Positions 17,796 through 26,442 of a DNA stretch of 37,870 nucleotides are shown here, piece after piece. Position 1 is the first letter of the stretch. Each line of letters begins with the position of its first letter. A program made the translations under genes and the position numbers. The notes under the pieces were generated by a model. The model did no database searches, was not told the origin of the DNA, and worked only from the letters and a program-made list of their open reading frames with translations. The stretch is from Clostridia bacterium (GTDB lineage: Bacteria > Bacillota > Clostridia > Christensenellales > UBA1242): contig JAZSRJ010000064.1 of assembly GCA_045538425.1 (NCBI GenBank), positions 1-37,870 on the forward strand, in the 5' to 3' direction.

Positions 17796-19393
17796 AGAGA
17801 TTCTAGCAATGTTGGATTTTTCAAAACATATTGCAAAATTGATTCATCAATCTCATCCGTGTTGGCTAAACTTGCCCCAATCATGATAGAATAAAAAATC
17901 TTTTTCATGGCAGGCGTCAAGTTGTTGCCATCTACAACCAACTTAGCAGTTTTTTGTCTAGAATTGATATTGAACAATTCTACACTTGTTTCTGGTAAGG
18001 TTTGAAGGATTGGATTGTATTTTGCTTGTTTTTGTCCTTTCACAAATCGTGTAATCTTTGTATTTTTTACGTGAGATTGTATACCAGCAAGCACAAGCAA
18101 TTCTTCACGATTGTTGAGTTTGTCTAGGTGTTGATCAACAAAATCCTTTAGTTCTTGTGTTCCAAGTTTGTATTTTGATGCATGATTCAATTCAGCAATC
18201 AAACGTTTTGCAAGTCTTGCACTAAACAATTTTGCAACACGTTTGTCCTTAAAGAATACTTCATTCGCTTTGTCTTCATCATCATAGATATCCACAAACA
18301 ATTTCAACAATTCTTCTTTGTGATAACAATAACTTTTAGTACTAATTTCTGGATGCCCCATGTGATAGATCTCTGCCATCTCAATATCATAATCACAGAT
18401 ACGACATGCTTCTAAGAATCCTTCTTTCACACTATTCTCATTGATGGATACCAACCATTGTGGATCTTTCACAATCATCTTTTTCAAACGCTTAACAACT
18501 TCTTCTTTATTCTCTCCCGCTTTAACACGTAGATCAATCGCTGCTTGATAAGCTGGCAAATATTCTTTTTGCTTTGCAATTGTATAGATACTTGTATTCT
18601 TAGAATACACTTCAAGCAAATTGATATCAATATCTGTAAAGAACTGATTTAATTTTTCTATCTCTTCTGCATCTTGAATAGAAAGAAGCGAACTATTGGA
18701 CAACAAAAGTCTATCAATTGGACGGAAAAGTGGCACATTGTTGATTGTCCATTGTTTTGTCTTTTTGTCTGTTACAACTACTGGATACGTACTATTATCC
18801 AACACTTCCAAAATTTTTGGTATTTCGTCTCGATTAGCAAGCACAAAATTGCTTGGTGCTTTTTCTGCGATTGCAATTGCAACTTTCTCATCAGACACAT
18901 ATGGTAACAACATAGACTTTAGGTTCTTAATAATACCAATACTAGGTCTTACCGCCAACTCTTTGCATCTAACCATCATATTTTGATAGTTGTATCCTTC
19001 TGCCTTCATTGCATCCATTGCTTCTTTCGCTTTGTCTACATCCAACTTTAACAAAAAGGTAGAATAACCACTAAAGAATGCTGCAACATTGATATTGTAT
19101 TGTGGATTGCAAAACAACTCTATCATTGAATAGATAGTGCTAAACTTTGTATTCTTTAGAATGACATCCAAGTGATTGGTAACATCTGGGTTGTGATCAA
19201 TACCATATTGTTCTAGTGTAGACAAAAATCTATCAATTGGTGCAAACAATCCTGTACTATCACTATTCCAATTGGTGTTGTTCCACATAAACTCTGCCCA
19301 ATATTCTGCATTATCTTTGGTAATTGAATGACGTTCAAACACCGGCTTCATGTTTTCTATATATTCTGCATGACTGTATTTCCATTGACTCAT
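17678..19393 (-). CDS. Uncharacterised 571-aa soluble protein, probably an alpha-helical repeat
   Basis: Long ORF with an AAGGAGA RBS and a consensus promoter. No catalytic motif recognised. It has a recurring acidic-helix-K-x-P-x-hydrophobic motif and a K/E/T-rich tail. Confidence 0.75.
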   Translation of the reverse strand: MSQWKYSHAEYIENMKPVFERHSITKDNAEYWAEFMWNNTNWNSDSTGLFAPIDRFLSTLEQYGIDHNPDVTNHLDVILKNTKFSTIYSMIELFCNPQYNINVAAFFSGYSTFLLKLDVDKAKEAMDAMKAEGYNYQNMMVRCKELAVRPSIGIIKNLKSMLLPYVSDEKVAIAIAEKAPSNFVLANRDEIPKILEVLDNSTYPVVVTDKKTKQWTINNVPLFRPIDRLLLSNSSLLSIQDAEEIEKLNQFFTDIDINLLEVYSKNTSIYTIAKQKEYLPAYQAAIDLRVKAGENKEEVVKRLKKMIVKDPQWLVSINENSVKEGFLEACRICDYDIEMAEIYHMGHPEISTKSYCYHKEELLKLFVDIYDDEDKANEVFFKDKRVAKLFSARLAKRLIAELNHASKYKLGTQELKDFVDQHLDKLNNREELLVLAGIQSHVKNTKITRFVKGQKQAKYNPILQTLPETSVELFNINSRQKTAKLVVDGNNLTPAMKKIFYSIMIGASLANTDEIDESILQYVLKNPTLLESLKSKMENPDKTVQDIPAMKRKKKQAKQETDTTDDVSTGE

Positions 19394-19420
19394 AAAACCA
19401 TTCTCCTTATGATACTTTAT

Positions 19421-19449
19421 ATTATATCATACTATTCTCAGCTTTTCAA
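19421..19449 (-). promoter_or_regulatory. Consensus extended sigma-A promoter of the 571-aa gene
   Basis: Minus strand reads TTGAAA (19449-19444), 17-nt spacer ending in TGa, then TATAAT (19426-19421). Confidence 0.6.
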
Positions 19450-19716
19450 TAGGCATTTCTTGATTTTCCACCGTATGTACTCATGTCAAAACAATAACAG
19501 ATTGCCATAATTTGGCAACACAACTATCTGCATAATCAATTTTGTTTTGTATACAATACTAATGTTTTCCAAGCAATATTTGGTCCTTGGTAACAAGACA
19601 AGTATGATCATGCGAAACACACTGATGTTAGCATAATATACGATGTTGATTTTATTTCTTATTCATCAAGGATATGATTTCATCATTTGCCTTGTTACAG
19701 CAACCATCTTGGCGGA

Positions 19717-19752
19717 AAACAAAAAAAGGGAAGACATCATCTTCCCTTTTTT
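19717..19752. terminator. Bidirectional terminator downstream of fhs
   Basis: A-run, gggaaga / catca / tcttccc, T6. Confidence 0.8.
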
Positions 19753-19753
19753 C

Positions 19754-21373
19754 TTAAAACAAATATCTTTCTTCTGTATCTGTACAAACTATTTTGGTAG
19801 CATTAGGTGTCTTGTTGAGTCCTGGCATACACAAAATATTCCCCATATACACCACAACAAACTCAGCACCACCTTTTACCTCTACATCAGTCACAATCAC
19901 ATCAAACCCTTTTGACTCATCATACTTTCCATAAGTATATCGAATATGATCACGTCTTATGTTGACCCCAGTTTTTTCATTGTCACTCAATACTTTTGGT
20001 GTTTTGGCTATCATCACCGCATAATGTCCGTACTGAGATTGTAATTGATTCAATTTTTCCAAAACACCTTCTTGATACACAACACCTCTAGCACCATAGA
20101 CTTTGGTTGCTATTTTTTCTATTTTGTCTTGTAAGGTATCTTTTACCGCATAAGCAAGTTTTGACTTCTTTTTAGAATCCATCGCAAGTATCACTTTTCT
20201 TGCCAGATTGTTGGTCCCTATACTACCATTGGTGTACGCATAGTTTAGTTCACAATCAACACCATGTCGTTTCACCATTTTTACAACAGCATCTAAATCA
20301 GCGTTTTTGTCATCATCATGCACATTAATGGTAACAACTAAAGGCAAATTGTAAATATTGACAATGTTATCTATATGTTTTTCAACAATCGCAAATCCTT
20401 CTTCAATGGTGTTGCCATATTGAAAAATACTTTTTAGTGTTGTCACAAGCACAATACAATCAGGCGCATGTTCTAATACTCTAGATTTTACATCCAAGAA
20501 TTTTTCCATACCCAAGTCACTACCAAATCCACATTCCGTCACCACATAATCACACACATCAAGCCCCAACTGTGTAGCCCTAACACTATTGCATCCATGA
20601 GCAATATTGGCAAAAGGACCTAGATGAATTAGCGCTGGCGTACCTTCCAAGGTTTGTGCCAAATTAACTTCAAATGCTTGTTTTAACAAAAGCGTCATTG
20701 CATCTACTGCTTTTAGATCTTTGGCTGTAATTGGTTCATGTTTGCTATTGTATCCAATGATCACATTACCCAATCTACGTTTTAAGTCTTTTAGATCTTT
20801 AGCAAGACACATCACTGCCATGATTTCACTAGCAGGTGTAATCACAAAAGATTCTTTTCGCCCATTAGCCAAAGTCACATCTCTCAATGCTCGATCATTC
20901 ATATCCAAACAACGATGAAAAACGACTGATTGGATATCAAGCGCATTGCCTTGATACATACTATTATCAATCATTGCACACAAAAGATTGTTAGCACTTG
21001 TGACAGCATGCATATCCCCTGTAAAATGCAAATTGATGGTACTTGGCACAACTTGTGCTTTCCCACCACCTGTCGCACACCCTTTTCTCCCCATAACAGG
21101 GCCAAGACTTGGTTCACGAAGGACGACACATGCTTTGGATACTTTACTGAGTGCATCACTCAGTCCAATACTCACTGTCGTTTTCCCAATTCCTGCATCT
21201 GTAGGATTGGTAGCCGTCACCAAGATCAATTTTCCCGCCTTTTTCTTCTTATGTGCAACAATCTTTGCACAATGACCATATAAGACTAGATCTTTCTTTT
21301 TTAAGCCCAATTTCGCTGCAATTTTCTCAATTGGTTTTATTTTGTATTGTTGTACAATTTGTTCGTCTGTCAT
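19754..21373 (-). CDS. fhs: Formate--tetrahydrofolate ligase (divergent)
   Basis: 539 aa. Contains LVTATNPTDAGIGKTT, REPSLGP, INLHFTGD, GPFANIAHGCNS and MPGL, all FTHFS landmarks. AAGGTGA RBS. Confidence 0.9.
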   Translation of the reverse strand: MTDEQIVQQYKIKPIEKIAAKLGLKKKDLVLYGHCAKIVAHKKKKAGKLILVTATNPTDAGIGKTTVSIGLSDALSKVSKACVVLREPSLGPVMGRKGCATGGGKAQVVPSTINLHFTGDMHAVTSANNLLCAMIDNSMYQGNALDIQSVVFHRCLDMNDRALRDVTLANGRKESFVITPASEIMAVMCLAKDLKDLKRRLGNVIIGYNSKHEPITAKDLKAVDAMTLLLKQAFEVNLAQTLEGTPALIHLGPFANIAHGCNSVRATQLGLDVCDYVVTECGFGSDLGMEKFLDVKSRVLEHAPDCIVLVTTLKSIFQYGNTIEEGFAIVEKHIDNIVNIYNLPLVVTINVHDDDKNADLDAVVKMVKRHGVDCELNYAYTNGSIGTNNLARKVILAMDSKKKSKLAYAVKDTLQDKIEKIATKVYGARGVVYQEGVLEKLNQLQSQYGHYAVMIAKTPKVLSDNEKTGVNIRRDHIRYTYGKYDESKGFDVIVTDVEVKGGAEFVVVYMGNILCMPGLNKTPNATKIVCTDTEERYLF

Positions 21374-21507
21374 ATTTCACCTTCTAAGTCTATTTTACCA
21401 TAAAAAACTAATCTATAGCAAGTAATTAAATATTTTGTATTACACCAACACAAAACAATCTAAAGAAAAACACGAAAATGAAGAAAACTTCAAAATCGTG
21501 CTTTTAC

Positions 21508-22848
21508 CTAAAATTGTGTACAATTGATACCAATTGCAGTCTTTGTCTTTTCATCCAAACGGACAATATTGGATATCTCATATCCCGCAACGACCAAAAT
21601 CTCATTACCAACCGCAAGCACCGGCACAATGTCTCTCAATCTTACAGGTACTTTTTGATCAATAAAATATTCGTTGAGGCTTTTGGTTGCTCCACCAAAT
21701 TTTGTAAAGACATCTTTGTCTTGACGTGTACGCCAAACTGCTCCACGTGGTATTTTTTGATAATCAACCAAATGATTGTATTTGTCCAACTCAAAACGTC
21801 TTGTTAATGCTGTCTCAATCACACCATATCCCTTAAAGTCTATTCTACCTCTAACAAATGGATATTCTTCTTTGTTTTTAGATAATTCTTTGTTGGTAAT
21901 GGTGAGGTAATTATATTCTTTAATCGCAATCAATTTGTTAGGCAAACTAACACGATTGCCATTGGTACCTTCCATCGCAAGTCCTTTCATAATCTTGAGA
22001 TGTTTTTTCTCCATATCTACTAGAAGACCAATTTTTTTCAAAACTTTGCGCAACAATCGATTGAGCACAACTTCATCATTAGTAAAATAATAGATTGGAA
22101 TACGTGCTGTACCATTGCTTTCATAGACTACACCTGCATCATCAATATTGTTTTCAATATATTCATCATCCATCTTAGCAAGTTCGCCAAATGCACAAAT
22201 ATTAGCATCTACATTTTTCCATTTGTTACGAACAAGTGGCATAATAAGATTGCGAATGTAGTTACGAGCAAACTCATTGCTATCATTGGTCTCGTCTGTT
22301 ACATACGGAATATCATGTTCTGTTACATACATCTTAATATCCATTTTGCTAGTACTAAGCAATGGTCTAATGTATTGTTTTTCTCTGACATATTCCATAC
22401 CTCTAGCACCAGTTACACCAGCCCCACGGAAGATATTAAGCAAAATAGTCTCCGCTTGGTCTCCTTGATGATGTGCAAGCGCTATTTTTTGTACAATCTT
22501 TTTTCTAAGTAGTGCTGAGAAAATGGCATAACGAGCTTCACGTGCCGCTAATTCGAGACTAATATTCTTATCTTCTGCCAATTGTTTTGCATTGACTTTA
22601 TATTTGTATACCGTAATATCGTTGGCTTTACAATAATTAACAACAAAAGCACTATCATCGGCAGATGTTTCTCTCAAATTATGATCAATGGTCACTGCAC
22701 ACAAAGAAAACCCAACTTCTTTTTTAATAGAGTTGAGATAATGAAGCAAACACATACTGTCCATTCCGCCTGAACAAGCAATTGCTATTTTGTCCCCTTT
22801 TTCAATCATAGAATATTTATTTATGACTTTGCTAACATTTTCTAACAT
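21508..22848 (-). CDS. tilS: tRNA(Ile)-lysidine synthetase
   Basis: PP-loop motif ACSGGMDS near the N-terminus and about 446 aa. Start placed at the ATG at 22848 (MLENVSKV); the track start at 22860 is a TTG four codons upstream. Confidence 0.9.
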   Translation of the reverse strand: MLENVSKVINKYSMIEKGDKIAIACSGGMDSMCLLHYLNSIKKEVGFSLCAVTIDHNLRETSADDSAFVVNYCKANDITVYKYKVNAKQLAEDKNISLELAAREARYAIFSALLRKKIVQKIALAHHQGDQAETILLNIFRGAGVTGARGMEYVREKQYIRPLLSTSKMDIKMYVTEHDIPYVTDETNDSNEFARNYIRNLIMPLVRNKWKNVDANICAFGELAKMDDEYIENNIDDAGVVYESNGTARIPIYYFTNDEVVLNRLLRKVLKKIGLLVDMEKKHLKIMKGLAMEGTNGNRVSLPNKLIAIKEYNYLTITNKELSKNKEEYPFVRGRIDFKGYGVIETALTRRFELDKYNHLVDYQKIPRGAVWRTRQDKDVFTKFGGATKSLNEYFIDQKVPVRLRDIVPVLAVGNEILVVAGYEISNIVRLDEKTKTAIGINCTQF

Positions 22849-22882
22849 GGCAACACCCAATACTTCTTGATTTTATTTTTAG

Positions 22883-22911
22883 ATTATACACTATTTTTCA
22901 ACAATTTTCAA
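22883..22911 (-). promoter_or_regulatory. Consensus sigma-A promoter of tilS
   Basis: Minus strand reads TTGAAA, 17-nt spacer, TATAAT. Confidence 0.55.
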
Positions 22912-22983
22912 TAGAAACACACGTGATTATCAAAAAACTATCACTATATTTTGTGCAATCTTTTTTGTAATACTGCAAATGAT

Positions 22984-23012
22984 TTGTCATTTTACAAGAG
23001 TTTTGATAAAAT
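22984..23012 (+). promoter_or_regulatory. Extended sigma-A promoter abutting the 23019 ATG
   Basis: TTGTCA (22984-22989), 17-nt spacer ending in TGa, TAAAAT (23007-23012). The ATG lies 7 nt downstream of the -10 element. Confidence 0.55.
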
Positions 23013-23018
23013 ATTTTT

Positions 23019-23807
23019 ATGGAAAACAAAAACGCATATATTAATCGAATACAAAATGTGTTGATCATTGTTCTAAGTGTACTACTCATCATTAGTCTGT
23101 CACTTGGGGCTTCTTTTGCTTGGTTTCGCGATCAAGAATCTCAAAAACATACTATATCAATTGGTGGTGCAGTCAATATTGCATTACTAGATGTTGATGA
23201 AAATACAGCCGATACTCAAAAACTCATCATCGTTGGCGCACTAAACAAACCAATTACACCTGGTAGCCAATTAAAACTAAATGCAAAAGCACAATTAGCA
23301 AAAAGCTCAACGCCTGCTATTGTCCGTTTTAGTGTGGATCTTAATATTACTGGTTATAGCCTAACTGCATACAATGACACACTTAAAGCTGAGGAAACAT
23401 TGACGGAAGAGGAGATGCAAGAAAAAATATTGCTTATCAAGACAGACATCCTCACCAAAATTGCAGATACACTCAATAGCGCTACCAACCAAACACACAA
23501 ATGGCGTCTACATAATGGATACTTATATTATGTTGGAGACAACTCCAATCCATCCACAACAGATAGTGATCAATACTTACTCAAAGCCATAGATAGTGCT
23601 AGTAGTACCACAACCATCTCTATCTTTAACGATACCATGATCAAACTACCTGGTAGTAGTATTGACAATCATTTTCAAAATAGCACACTCAGTATCACAC
23701 TCAATATACAAGCATTGCAAAGTGTGATCTACAACGAAGAAGGTTCTCTCATCTCCCTCACAACAGGTAATGTCGAATCTTATTTCGAACTAGCATTTGC
23801 TGATTAG
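23019..23807 (+). CDS. Secreted protein with a SipW-dependent-type (TasA/camelysin-like) signal peptide
   Basis: The N-terminus ...LLIISLSLGASFAWFRDQES matches the G-x-[ST]-[FY]-A-[YW]-F-x-D signal-peptide class. 262 aa and T/S/N-rich. Confidence 0.65.
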   Translation: MENKNAYINRIQNVLIIVLSVLLIISLSLGASFAWFRDQESQKHTISIGGAVNIALLDVDENTADTQKLIIVGALNKPITPGSQLKLNAKAQLAKSSTPAIVRFSVDLNITGYSLTAYNDTLKAEETLTEEEMQEKILLIKTDILTKIADTLNSATNQTHKWRLHNGYLYYVGDNSNPSTTDSDQYLLKAIDSASSTTTISIFNDTMIKLPGSSIDNHFQNSTLSITLNIQALQSVIYNEEGSLISLTTGNVESYFELAFAD

Positions 23808-23810
23808 GAT

Positions 23811-23838
23811 AAAAAAAGTGGGACACCCCACTTTTTTT
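23811..23838. terminator. Bidirectional terminator (identical copy of 12813-12839)
   Basis: A7, gtggg-acac-cccac, T7. Confidence 0.8.
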
Positions 23839-23913
23839 ATGGTCTATACCAACTCATTGCAAAACAATTGAGCCACAACACAATTCTAATCATCCACAAC
23901 ACCAACATACCTT

Positions 23914-26235
23914 TTACTCCACTTGATAAATACGAACAACTGACACGCTCATATCATCACTAGGATATCCGTCTTGCAACGCTACAGCCTTTTCCAATAT
24001 TTTGTCTGCCAATGTTTGAGGATTGATGGTATCTTGTAGGTTGATAAACTGACTTAGATTGTCTGGTGTATCAAAAGCATCACTTACCCCATCTGTTACC
24101 ATAATCAATTGATCAAAGTTTTCGATGCGTTTTTGCGTAATATGTGGACGCATCTCTTCTAGTACACCAAGAGGTAACCCACTTGTCCCAATAATCTCTG
24201 TCCCATTTGATCTTTTGAGATATCCTTGCGGTGCTCCCAACTTAATGAAATCCATATTGCCAGCCTTAAGATCCAATACCGCAACATCCAAAGCATTAAA
24301 ATGCTCATCACCAGACAAAGACAACAACTTATTGATACTGGTTAAAATAATCTCATTTTCAAATCCAGCCTTGTAAAAATTCTCAAGTAATCCAATAGCA
24401 AGTCTACTACCAGATCTTGCCTCTTTTCCACTTCCCATCCCATCACAAAGTGCAACCAAATATTTTCCACTTGCCACTTCAATCAAACTATGGGTATCTC
24501 CACTAGACACTACTCCCGCCTTTGTACAAGTAGCTGTCCCAAATACAATGTCATAAGTAGGAGCGGTTGTCATATGTAAAGTAGTCGTCGTAGGCAATTG
24601 CCCAGCATCCATCCCCACTACCCGCATCTTCACTCCACAGACTTTAGATACCACCTTTTCAATTAGTTGTTTTGTTTTTAATGTATTATCATACTTTTTG
24701 ACAACAAGTGTAATGTTTTTTACATAGACATCTTGTTCGTAGACAATAGCCTCTACAACGGCAATATTATAATAACTAAGATCTGCCACAATTTGTTCTT
24801 CTTTTTGCGTGTCATATGTGATATTATCTTCTATCTCCACACTTAAGTGGTCCATTATATCCCCAATCCCTGATAGTGTATCAGCAATGAGCAATCTACT
24901 ACTATCCATATTGTTGATCATCGTAGCATAATGCTTATAGCTTGACAATAATTGATTGACCGTTGAGAGCAACGCATTGACACGATTGCAATTGCTAGAA
25001 AGATATTGAGGAAGATCTAGCAAAGACACTTTTCCTTTCTCAAACCCCACACTAATCACTTCTTCCATTGATTGTGTCATCAGCCTATCTCTACGACACT
25101 TACCACGATTAGGACAATTCTTACAAAGCAATGAAGTTGTCTCATTATTCATCATTACCTTGGCTTCTTCTATTCCAATGACACCTTGCACCATTTTACG
25201 ATAGGCTCTATCCATCTCTCGAAATACCATAGCAATATCCCCAACACGTTTCTTTAAGGATTGTTTGCTTCTAGCAATCATATTGCGATAGACCATACCA
25301 TGATCAGCCAATGCATATCGAGCAACAAAATGGTTTACTTTCTTTTGAGGTAGACAGACAATGACCAACATCACTACCCCAATCATGCACCAAGTTAATA
25401 TGGTTGGTGTATAACAAGCAAGACCAAAAACCACCAAAACTTGCGCAAGTAGATAACTAATTACTCTATAATAAATGGCAAGCAATCGAAAAGCCATCAA
25501 ACAAAGTGTTACACACAACAAACCAATACCGTAGATCCCAACCCCTGTTGCACCAAATCCCGCAAGACTAACTAGGACTCCTGTTATTAAGATGGTAAAG
25601 GAAGAAAAATAGGTAGAACCAACAAGTAAAATACTCGATACAACCAACAACCAATCTATTGCTCCATCACTTGGAATACCCAACAACAAAATCAATCCCA
25701 ACACAAAACAACAAACTTTTTCATCTAGATTTAATCTTTTTGCATAACTTCTAAGAATGGTAGCACTAAAGACGGTGATAGACAAATACGTCACTACCAT
25801 CCCCAAAACAACACCAATGACAGCCGTCAAACCGGATACCAGACTTACCCATCTCAAATAGATCAACATGGCTTGTGATAAGCCCGATAAAACAATCATA
25901 ACGTACTTATTAATCGAACGATTGCCGTGCAACAAAATGACCGCCAAAATAACACCAATGATCACCGTAGTACAGTGAATATAACATCCCATCATGCTCC
26001 AACTACGCAAACAACAGCCTAGCAAATAAGAGACCGACAACAAATAAGGATTGAAGTGACACCACAACAAAGCAAAATACACTCCAAAACAAAAATAATA
26101 TTGTCCAAATCCCAGCAAATTAACGCCTGCTAGCAAATAAAAGAAAAGACTTTGCAAAGTAAAGGACACCAATTGTTTTACAAAATATATTTCTTTTTGT
26201 GTTGTTTCTTTTGATAAAGTGGTTATGTTTTCCAT
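23914..26235 (-). CDS. spoIIE: SpoIIE-like membrane PP2C phosphatase
   Basis: About ten N-terminal TM helices plus a C-terminal PP2C domain (LCDGMGSGKEA...MVTDGVSD). Start placed at the ATG at 26235, which has an AAAGGAG RBS. Confidence 0.8.
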   Translation of the reverse strand: MENITTLSKETTQKEIYFVKQLVSFTLQSLFFYLLAGVNLLGFGQYYFCFGVYFALLWCHFNPYLLSVSYLLGCCLRSWSMMGCYIHCTTVIIGVILAVILLHGNRSINKYVMIVLSGLSQAMLIYLRWVSLVSGLTAVIGVVLGMVVTYLSITVFSATILRSYAKRLNLDEKVCCFVLGLILLLGIPSDGAIDWLLVVSSILLVGSTYFSSFTILITGVLVSLAGFGATGVGIYGIGLLCVTLCLMAFRLLAIYYRVISYLLAQVLVVFGLACYTPTILTWCMIGVVMLVIVCLPQKKVNHFVARYALADHGMVYRNMIARSKQSLKKRVGDIAMVFREMDRAYRKMVQGVIGIEEAKVMMNNETTSLLCKNCPNRGKCRRDRLMTQSMEEVISVGFEKGKVSLLDLPQYLSSNCNRVNALLSTVNQLLSSYKHYATMINNMDSSRLLIADTLSGIGDIMDHLSVEIEDNITYDTQKEEQIVADLSYYNIAVVEAIVYEQDVYVKNITLVVKKYDNTLKTKQLIEKVVSKVCGVKMRVVGMDAGQLPTTTTLHMTTAPTYDIVFGTATCTKAGVVSSGDTHSLIEVASGKYLVALCDGMGSGKEARSGSRLAIGLLENFYKAGFENEIILTSINKLLSLSGDEHFNALDVAVLDLKAGNMDFIKLGAPQGYLKRSNGTEIIGTSGLPLGVLEEMRPHITQKRIENFDQLIMVTDGVSDAFDTPDNLSQFINLQDTINPQTLADKILEKAVALQDGYPSDDMSVSVVRIYQVE

Positions 26236-26442
26236 AGAATGACTCCTTTTGGATAGTGTAACAAATCCAACTCTCTTTACACAAAAAATAAGTATATCAT
26301 AAGTTGGATAATCCTCACTTATTTTGTCTAAAAGTACCAACAATTGTCTATTATACTTTTTCTAAAAAAGGTCTTCCCTTTTGGATATTTTTATGATATA
26401 CTATTCTTAGAATTGTACAACAAAAAGGTGGAGGAATACTTT

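Noticed and set aside
21374-21507. THF or ZTP riboswitch upstream of fhs.
   Set aside because: The gap is filled by the tilS terminator and a TGgTAAAAT-type promoter about 30 nt from the start codon. That is too short for a riboswitch aptamer, and I saw no conserved riboswitch motifs.
26236-26343. N-terminal extensions in the ORF track: spoIIE to 26343, orf326 from 26344, the peptidase to 14352, orf311 to 28416, dnaB from 14434 and tilS to 22860.
   Set aside because: In every case except tilS, an internal ATG with a well-spaced GGAG-type RBS lies downstream. That start gives a sensible N-terminus, such as a signal peptide or lipobox. For tilS the downstream ATG is preferred only because it is an ATG; its upstream sequence has no strong SD. 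The upstream starts are TTG or unsupported ATG codons lying in promoter DNA.
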